Below, in pieces: positions 55,824 through 64,000 of a stretch of DNA of 64,000 bases; positions within the stretch are counted from its first letter, which is position 1, and each line of letters starts with the position of its first letter. Below the pieces are notes generated by a model that saw only the letters and a list, made by a program, of their open reading frames with translations, was not told the origin of the DNA and made no database searches. The stretch comes from Acinetobacter sp. Lineage in GTDB: Bacteria > Pseudomonadota > Gammaproteobacteria > Pseudomonadales > Moraxellaceae. The stretch is taken from NCBI GenBank assembly GCA_046347365.1, contig JAXMGF010000001.1, forward strand, positions 44,954 through 108,953. Reading direction: 5' to 3'. Made by a program: the position numbers and the translations under genes.

Positions 55824-57344
55824 TTAAAGAAAGCTTGGTAAATGACGAGCAGGGTCAGTCTCACGGGCGGCTTGCGCATCAGCAACAGTCATACCAAGTG
55901 CTTTTGCAACACCTTCGCCGTAAGCAGGGTGGCAAGCATAGCAGTTTCGGATATGACGATACTTGATAAAGTCCAACGCATCACCCATCGCGCGTGCTGT
56001 ATTGCCAAATAAGGCATCTTGCTGTTCAGGTGTCATTAACTCGAACAAGGCACGAGGTTGACTGAAGTAGTCATTATCATCTTCACGATAATCCCAGAAG
56101 TCTGCATCGCCATTGATTTTCAATGGTGGTTCTTTGTATTGCGGCTGTTCTTGCCATTGGCCGAAGCTGTTAGGTTCATAATGTGGTAAACCACCATAGT
56201 TGGCATCAATGCGACCTTGACCATCACGGTGATTACTGTGAACAGGGCAGCGAGCAGCATTCACTGGAATTTGTTGATAGTTCACGCCTAAACGGTAACG
56301 TTGCGCATCCGCATAGTTAAACAGGCGTGCCTGTAGCATACGGTCAGGTGAAACGCTAATACCTGGTACTAAGTTACTTGGTGCAAAAGCAGATTGTTCA
56401 ACATCTAGGAAGAAGTTTTCAGAGTTGCGATTGAGTTCAAACTCACCAACTTCAATCAGTGGATAGTCGCCATGAGGCCAAACTTTAGTTAAATCGAATG
56501 GATGATATGGAACTTTCTCAGCATCTTGTTCTGGCATAACCTGAACAAAAAGTGTCCATTTTGGATAATCACCATTTTCAATCGCATCAAATAAATCACG
56601 TTGATGGCTTTCACGGTCTTGACCCGCAATTCACTAGCTTCTGCATCGGTTAGATTTTTAATGCCTTGCTGGGTTCTAAAGTGAAATTTCACCCAGAAAC
56701 GTTCATTGGCCGCATTGATGAAACTATAGGTATGGCTACTGAAACCATGCATATGACGGTAGCTGGCAGGAATACCACGGTCTGACATCACGATAGTGAC
56801 TTGATGCAGCGCCTCTGGAAGTAGAGGTCCAGAAATCCCAGTTGTTGGTTGCACTACGCAAATTGGTTTTCGGGTCGCGTTTAACCGCTTTGTTCAGGTC
56901 AGGGAATTTACGCGGATCGCGCAGGAAGAATACAGGCGTGTTGTTGCCCACCATATCCCAGTTGCCTTCCTCGGTATAGAATTTCAGGGCAAAACCACGA
57001 ATGTCGCGTTCCGCATCCGCTGCGCCACGTTCACCTGCAACCGTGGTAAAACGAGCAAACATTTCTGTTTTTTTGCCGATTTCGCTAAAGATTTTAGCGC
57101 GAGTATATTGAGTAATATCATGGGTAACTGTAAATGTACCGAATGCACCAGAACCTTTAGCGTGCATACGACGTTCAGGAATCACTTCACGGACAAAGTT
57201 GGCAAGTTTTTCATTTAGCCATAAATCTTGGGCTAATAAAGGACCCCGAGCACCTGCTGTCATACTATTTTGATTATCCACCACGGGTGCACCAAAATCA
57301 GTGGTTAAGTGGCTATAAGGACATTTTTTATCGTCTTGGCTCAT
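55824..57344 (-). CDS. katA: Small-subunit monofunctional catalase (frameshifted)
   Basis: [38 protein letters not shown]. Confidence 0.92.
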
Positions 57345-57794
57345 GTTTGTTCTCCATCAAGATGACCTGTGTAAACTCATCTCGACCATTTGACCGTTCT
57401 AAAAGATAGATGCTTAAATCAGCTCATATGCAAACTGGAGTATCAAAATTCAGATGCCTGTACGGGATTTGCAATGATAATTGAACATCCTTTGTGTTTT
57501 TACTTTAGGTTGATGAAAGCTTTTTCCAATGGATTAAGCTGATGCCGTAAATGTTTTATTCGATAAAAGAAACTGTATAAATATTAAATGTGGCAATGAG
57601 GATTGTTGAGCAATAAATTGTTAAAATTTGAAAAAAGTTCCATTAAAATAAACAATTAAACGGAATTGTATAGTTCGTTAAGGCTGGTTGTATAATCAAC
57701 TCCCAAATTCAGCTTGTATGCTCATATATAAAAACGGGAGTTTTCACCTGTTGCAGTGATGTAAAGAGCAGCCTGAAAGGATGCCTAGCTATTT

Positions 57795-60081
57795 TTAGGC
57801 ACTGACCAAACGATTGGATTTTACCATATCGGCTGAAGCCGTGGATTTTAAAGTAGTGCTCAAGCCAGCTTTTAATGACTAATGGGTTATTCATTTGCAG
57901 GACATTGTCCAGCAACTGTTGGCATCTGTCATTGGGACATGGCGAGTGCCTTTCTCACCCGCAGGATGTTGCTTGAACTCATAGAAAGTGTATTGAAACC
58001 CATTGCCATGAGCAGGATGGCAGTCAGGAGATCGCCTGCCATTTCTCCACACACACTGATTGGCTTCTGGTGTTGATGGCAGCTTTGAACAAGGTTCTGC
58101 AAAGCTCGCAGCACAGACGGATGAAAATGTGAATAGACATTCGCAACATGCGGGTTATTTTTTGATCAGCATAACAAGCAGGTATTGGGTTAGGTCGTTG
58201 GAACCCACAGAGAAAAAGTCCACCAACTCTACAGAATTCACCAATCTGGAACGGGACACTTGGAACCTCAACCATGATGCCGATTTTAGGCTTAGTGATT
58301 TTGACTTGTTCCTCTTCCTGAACCGCAATCCAGTCGCGCTCCAGCAAATAAAGGACTTCCTCCACCTCGCTGACACTGGTGACCATCGGCAGCAGGATAT
58401 GTAGGTTATTCAAGCCGATGCTGGCCTTGAGCATGGCGCGAATCTGTGCGGAAAAGATTTCTGGATGGTCAAGGGTAAAGCGCAGGCCGCGCCAGCCTAG
58501 TGCCGAGTTTTCCTCTTCAATGCTAAAGTAGGGTAGATCTTTATCTGCACCAATATCCAGCGTCCGCATAATCACAGGCTTGTTGGCAAAATGGCTGAGC
58601 TGTTGACGGTAAATCGCACGTTGCTCTTCCTCACCTGGGAAGCGCTCACGCAACATAAACGGAATTTCACTGCGATATAAACCGACGCCTTTCGCCCCGC
58701 GTTGCACGCCACGCACCACATCAATCATCAAGCCTGTATTGACGAACAATGGAATTTCCACTCCGTCAGGAGTAATGGCATCCCGTGTTTCGTATTGCTT
58801 CAAATCTTTGGCGATCTGTTCTTCTTCTTTCTGGACTTCCTTATAACGCTGGCGTAGACGGCGCGGTGGATTGACAAAAACACGTCCCTGATAGGCATCG
58901 ACAATCATCTCAATGTCATCAAGGGTGTTGATTGGCAATTCGGTGACACCCACAACGGTTGGAATCCCCAGAGCGCGTGCCACGATTACCATGTGTGAAT
59001 TGGCAGCGCCTTCAGAAGTGACAATAGTAGCAATATTATCGACAGGTAGCTCAACCAGCATGCGCAATTGCTGATTTCTTCACCAATCAGGATACTGTCG
59101 GGGCTAAGTTCACGATGGCTTGAATCCGCCTCCTGTAGGCAGGCTAAATGCGCCGTCCCAAATCCTTGAGGTCAGAAACCCGTTCGCGCAGGTAATCGTC
59201 CTCCATTTGTGCAAACAGTGCCACATGCTTGTCAATGACTTTGCGCACTGCACCTGAGCTACCTGTGCGGATATGGTCATGATTTCACTGGGTAATGCAT
59301 TTTTCATCCAGCATCCGCAGAACACGCTGAATAACGCGCGTTCCTCTGACATGAGAATCCTGCATTTCATCAAGACTGGATTTCCTTTACGAACAGAGGC
59401 AATGGCTTGATCCAGCAATGCCAGCTCGTCACTGATGTCCTCAGCTTCACGGTCTGGAATGGCAGCGAGGTCGGCAGGTGGATACAGCACAATGGCCCGA
59501 CCCAGCGCAATACCGCCCGCACCAGAAACACCCTGAAAGGTTTTATAGGCTGAACCACTGTTGGGCTTACGGAAAACATCAATATTTCCGACCGCATGGG
59601 CGTGTGCAATAACACCTGAAAGCTGGGCACACAGGGTGACAAGGAATGACTCCGCCGCTTCACTAAAGTCTTGAGGTTCTTTATTTTGAACAACTAAAAC
59701 GCCCATCACCTTGCGACGGTACATGACAGGTACGCCAAGGAATGAGTTAAATAGCTCTTCACCTGTTTCAGGTAAATAGGCAAAACGTTCATGTTTTGGT
59801 GCATTGTCGAGGTTGACAATATCTTCACGGTTACCGACTAAACCGACGAGACCTTCACCAACACTCAAAGAAACATGTCCAACAGCTTCAGGTTTTAAAC
59901 CTTTTGAAGCCATGAGCACATAGCGTTTATTTCGTTCATCCAATAAATAAATGGAGCATACATCGACATGCATGGCTTCGGCCACATGGTTGACCATAAT
60001 GTCGAGGGAATCATGCAAACTGACGGACGCATTGATTTCCTGCACAATGCGTCTGAGCGTGTCGAGTTGCATGTTTGACAT
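57795..60081 (-). CDS. ptsP: PTS enzyme I-Ntr (multiple frameshifts)
   Basis: N-terminal GAF domain, SHMVIVARA, GLYRSE, RTLDIGADK, GEMAGD; downstream of rppH. Confidence 0.93.
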
Positions 60082-60181
60082 GAGGTGTCTGCTCCTGTTT
60101 ATTGAATCGTTATATGCCTATTTATAACAGCTATATCGTTAAAAATCATTGCTTAAAATGATGATTTGTTGACGATTAACG

Positions 60182-60652
60182 CTACGGTAATTGTAAACAC
60201 AACTCCATCATGGCTCTGCGGTAAACATCTCTTTTGAAGTTCACTACTTGACCTAATGGATACCAGTAACTCACCCATTGCCATTGATCGAACTCGGGTG
60301 GGTCTGATAGATTTAACTGAATATGATGCGGCGATGCCGTTAATTTCAGTAAAAACCACTTTTGCTTTTGTCCAATACATACCGGATCAGAATCTGACCG
60401 AATGTACCGATGTGGCAAACGATAACGCAGCCAACTTTTAGTCTGCGCTACTATTTGGACGTGTTCGGGCAATAAACCGACTTCTTCTCTCAGTTCACGA
60501 TAAAGTGCCTGTTCAGGGGTTTCTCCAAACTGGATCCCTCCTTGTGGAAATTGCCAAGCATTGTGACCAATGCGTTTTGCCCATAAAACTTGTCCGTCAT
60601 CGTTTGCCAAAATGATCCCGACGTTGGGTCGGAAACCTTCTGAATCGATCAT
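60182..60652 (-). CDS. rppH: RNA pyrophosphohydrolase
   Basis: [13 protein letters not shown], Nudix box [29 protein letters not shown]. Confidence 0.96.
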   Translation of the reverse strand: MIDSEGFRPNVGIILANDDGQVLWAKRIGHNAWQFPQGGIQFGETPEQALYRELREEVGLLPEHVQIVAQTKSWLRYRLPHRYIRSDSDPVCIGQKQKWFLLKLTASPHHIQLNLSDPPEFDQWQWVSYWYPLGQVVNFKRDVYRRAMMELCLQLP

Positions 60653-60835
60653 TTGGCTACCTAAATTTTCTCTATATCGTTGACTTTGATCTCGGGGACA
60701 GTCACTCTTCACGTCCAACTCGAAAAAGGTCAAAGTAAAATGTTTAAAATTGCTATGATCTTAACGAATTTTTAGTCACTTACGGAAATAGATTTACGTT
60801 TTTTTTCTTTAATTTGCATTTAAATGAGCATTTAT

Positions 60836-61486
60836 ATGAAATTGGCTTTGTTTGATTTAGATCACACCCTGTTAAATACCGATTCTGACCACTCATGGGG
60901 TGAGTTTTTAGTGAATGAAGGTTTGGTTGATCCAGTTCATCATCGTCAAATGAATGATAAATTCTACGAGGACTATAAGGCAGGACAACTTGATCCGATT
61001 GCCTATAACGAATTTGTCTTTGAATTTTTGACCAAGCATGACAATACTTATTTAACTGAACTACACCAGTTGTTTATGCAAAAAGTGATTCGTCCCCAAA
61101 TGCGTCCGAAAGGTTTTGATGCAATTAAAAAGCATCAAGATTTAGGTCATGCGATTGTTGGGATTACTGCAACCAGTGATTTTATTACGGCTCCGATTTT
61201 TCGTGAATTTGGTATTACTGAAATTATTGCCACCAATGCCGAGGTGCTTGAGGGTAAATATACGGGTAAGGTCACAGGTTTGCCATGCTACCAGAATGGC
61301 AAGCTGGCACGTCTGGACCAATGGCTAGATGGTCGGATGGTTGAGGAATCGTGGGCCTATTCAGACTCGATTAATGACCGTTTCCTACTTGAATATGCAA
61401 CCCATGCGATTGCGGTGAATCCTGATGATCGTTTAGAAAAATTAGCGCAAGAACAGGGCTGGGATATCCAAGACTGGTCGATTTAA
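60836..61486 (+). CDS. HAD-IB family hydrolase
   Basis: FDLDHTL, YSDSIND, AVNPD; divergent from rppH. Confidence 0.9.
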   Translation: MKLALFDLDHTLLNTDSDHSWGEFLVNEGLVDPVHHRQMNDKFYEDYKAGQLDPIAYNEFVFEFLTKHDNTYLTELHQLFMQKVIRPQMRPKGFDAIKKHQDLGHAIVGITATSDFITAPIFREFGITEIIATNAEVLEGKYTGKVTGLPCYQNGKLARLDQWLDGRMVEESWAYSDSINDRFLLEYATHAIAVNPDDRLEKLAQEQGWDIQDWSI

Positions 61487-61589
61487 TCAAAAAATATAGA
61501 AAAATGTTAAACATATTGAGCAGTTCGATATGTTTAATATAATAAATAAGAACAATGAATTGGATATAAAAAATGAAAAGAGTATCGTG

Positions 61590-61926
61590 ATGAAACTGAA
61601 CAAACAAAAACCAACCTGGCTAGATTATGTCGCCGAAGGTTGTGGCAGAACCGATCGTACAACTTACATTGTCAAAGGAATCTGTTTTTTAATTGGGAAT
61701 GTTTATTTTGCCTATGCTGCTTTTGGCGTAGGGTGCACTATTTTTGATTTTACCTTTTGCGATGTTAGTTTATTTTTATAGCGAAAAAATATGTGAAAAA
61801 GCAAAGGCTATAAACTATCAAAAAGCTCAGCAGAATAAAAGTGAAAATATTTTGTTTTTAGGAAAGGGTTTTTTTGATATAAAAATGTTTTTGATAGGGG
61901 GAAATAATGAAAAAACAACAAATTGA
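61590..61926 (+). CDS. Possible small membrane protein (fragmented, ends uncertain)
   Basis: Overlapping short ORFs with hydrophobic stretches; AT-rich. Confidence 0.3.
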
Positions 61927-63332
61927 ATTGCCAGAGAAGTTGTGGAAAGAGCAAAGTGTTGATTTAACCCGACACAGTTATCGAGGTAAGTTACTCACCA
62001 AAAGTGAAGGTTTTAAATTAGGCAAAACACAACGCAAAAAAATTCCGCGTGAGCAATTATCACAATTGTCAGAACGACCAAAAGATACAACGGCTTTAAT
62101 GATTTATGATTGGAGCAATCAGGGACGTTTAGAAAAGCTTAAGCCCATTCGTGCCAAAAGGATGAGTGTGTCTCCATTTACCTTTTATCGTGGTATACCT
62201 TCCTGATGCTGTTTGATCAGGCATGGGAGCAGCATCATTCAGGTTTGTTTCAACAGATTTGTGGCGCCTGTCATTTAAGTAATTTTGGTGGTTTTGCCAG
62301 TCCTGAACGTAATCTTCTTTTTGGAATCAATGATTTTGATGAGACCTTGGTTGCGCCATTTGAATGGGATTTGAAACGTTTAACCAGCTTTGTGATTGCA
62401 GCACGTGATATTGATCTTGCTGATAAAGTCGGTTTAAAAACCATTAAAACTATGCTGAATAGTTATCGCCAACATCTACTTGAAAATATGGAGCTATCAC
62501 CATTACAGGTATGGTATGAGAAAGTTGATGCCAGTACATTGCTGGAAAATACGGAATGTCGGAAGCTCCGAAAGAAACGAGCCAAACATCTGGACTCCGC
62601 CCAGAAAATGCCCACTCGGTTTTGCCTAAACTGACCCAGCAGGACAAAGAGACGGGTTTTCGTCACTTTATTGATGATGAACCTTTGCTTTGGCATCCAA
62701 AGTTAAATGAACCATTCAACAAAAATGTTGATGAGTTTTTTAGACAGTATCGTGATTCATTGAAATATGATCGGCAGGTTTTATTTGACCGTTATCAACG
62801 TACCGATGTGGCATTAAAAGTGGTTGGGGTGGGGAGTGTGGGTACACGTTCAGCCATTGCACTGTTTCAGGATGCCGATCGTGAGCCGTTAATTTTGCAG
62901 ATGAAAGAAGCCAACCCCTCTATTTTAAGTCCATTATTCCCTGAAAAAGTGAAGCATGAAGGCGAGCGTGTGGTGTATGGCCAGCAGTTGATGCAAGCTG
63001 CAAGCGATATTTTTCTTGGCTATTCCACCTTGGGGCAGCATTTCCATGTCCGCCAACTGCGTGATATGAAGATTTCAGTCGACTTAACCGATATGGACGA
63101 TGAGTATTTTCATGAATATGCGGAAAGCTGTGGTCTGGCTTTAGCCCATGCCCATGCCAAGGCGGGGAATGCCGATGTGTTGATGGGTTATCTGGGTGAG
63201 GGGAATACCATGGTGGAGGTTTTACAGGAATATGCCACACAGTCTATGGAACGGAATTTAAATGACTATCAGCATTTTATGAATGAGATTGCCGATGGTA
63301 GGATTCAGATTGCTGGAGATGAGGCACTTTAA
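61907..63332 (+). CDS. DUF2252 family protein (frameshifted)
   Basis: RMSVSPFTFYRG, CHLSNFG, NDFDET, EWDLKRL, KVVGVGSVG, LQMKEA, VRQLRDMK. Confidence 0.88.
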
Positions 63333-63388
63333 TCATCGGTATATTGCTACAGATGAATTGAAATAATTTAAAAGGTTTGTGAAAAAAT

Positions 63389-64000
63389 ATGTTTAAAAAA
63401 ATGATGTCTGGTTTAAATATGCAAGGGGTAAACGTCGAAACACGTTTATATAATCCTACGTTACAGGCTGGTGAGACACTACGCGGTGAAATTAATTTTA
63501 CTGGTGGGTCAACGAATAAGGAAATTAATGGCTTATATCTAAAATTAATGACCATTGCAGAGGTTGAGTCTGGAGATCATGAATTTAATCAGGCTTTGGT
63601 ATTGGATCAGTGGTTGATTAGCTCGAAATTCTTGCTGGCTGCAAATGAGTCACATCATATTCCATTTACCATGGAAATCCCTCATGAAACCCCCATCACT
63701 GAAGTTTCCTGCCGACGTAATGGCGCTCGTGTATGGATTGAAACACACATGGATGTTGACTGGGGACTGGATTCAACCGATCGTGACTATTTAAAAGTGA
63801 CCCCAACACCAGCGATGCAGGCTTTTTTACAGGCGATGCAACAATGTGGATTTGTTCTGTCGACTGTGGATGTTGAAAAAGGGCAACTTACCGCAAGAAA
63901 TTTTAGATCAACGATTGGCTGCTATCAGGAGCTAGAGTTTGTATCTTCACAGATGTTTAGTGGTTTTAATGAGGTTGAGGTGTCCTTTGTTGCTGAAGCA
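63389..64000 (+). CDS. Spo0M-family protein, runs off the window end
   Basis: MFKKMMSGLNMQGVNVETRL...GETLRGEI...EVESGDHE...PHETPIT...DSTDRDYL. Confidence 0.82.
   Translation, partial: MFKKMMSGLNMQGVNVETRLYNPTLQAGETLRGEINFTGGSTNKEINGLYLKLMTIAEVESGDHEFNQALVLDQWLISSKFLLAANESHHIPFTMEIPHETPITEVSCRRNGARVWIETHMDVDWGLDSTDRDYLKVTPTPAMQAFLQAMQQCGFVLSTVDVEKGQLTARNFRSTIGCYQELEFVSSQMFSGFNEVEVSFVAEA

Noticed and set aside
60653-60835. DARS2-like site upstream of rppH, by analogy with E. coli
   Set aside because: No DnaA boxes are visible in this intergenic region.

Overview
Chromosomal segment of an Acinetobacter species (inferred from gene content and order). It is mostly core genes: recC-recB-recD, rpsO-pnp, cbpAM, hslO, kef, priA, gspFG, lnt-corC, tusA, ETF-QO, murI, hemH, yacG, crcB, rpmE2, a MATE pump, hemW, two tRNA-Lys, rne, rluC, katA and ptsP-rppH. 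It also holds one complete IS5-family element, one IS remnant and a small decayed accessory patch. Many conserved genes are split by frameshifts that cluster regionally; these look like uncorrected sequencing errors, not real pseudogenes. The best signals are non-coding. (1) A ~60-bp double-hairpin repeat occurs twice with compensatory stem changes: in frame in the cleaved GspG prepilin leader, and in the removed 5' leader of tRNA-Lys. (2) Six DnaA-box-like 9-mers sit at an exact 12-bp period across the recD start, with two more upstream. (3) Two tandem unannotated sRNA candidates lie between recD and an esterase gene, each behind a GacA-type box and carrying Csr/Rsm GGA motifs; the second also has Crc/Hfq-type AANAANAA motifs. 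A fluoride riboswitch, a Zur box and an AT-rich mosaic patch in recB are also visible. No CRISPR array or prophage was seen. All coordinates were read by eye.
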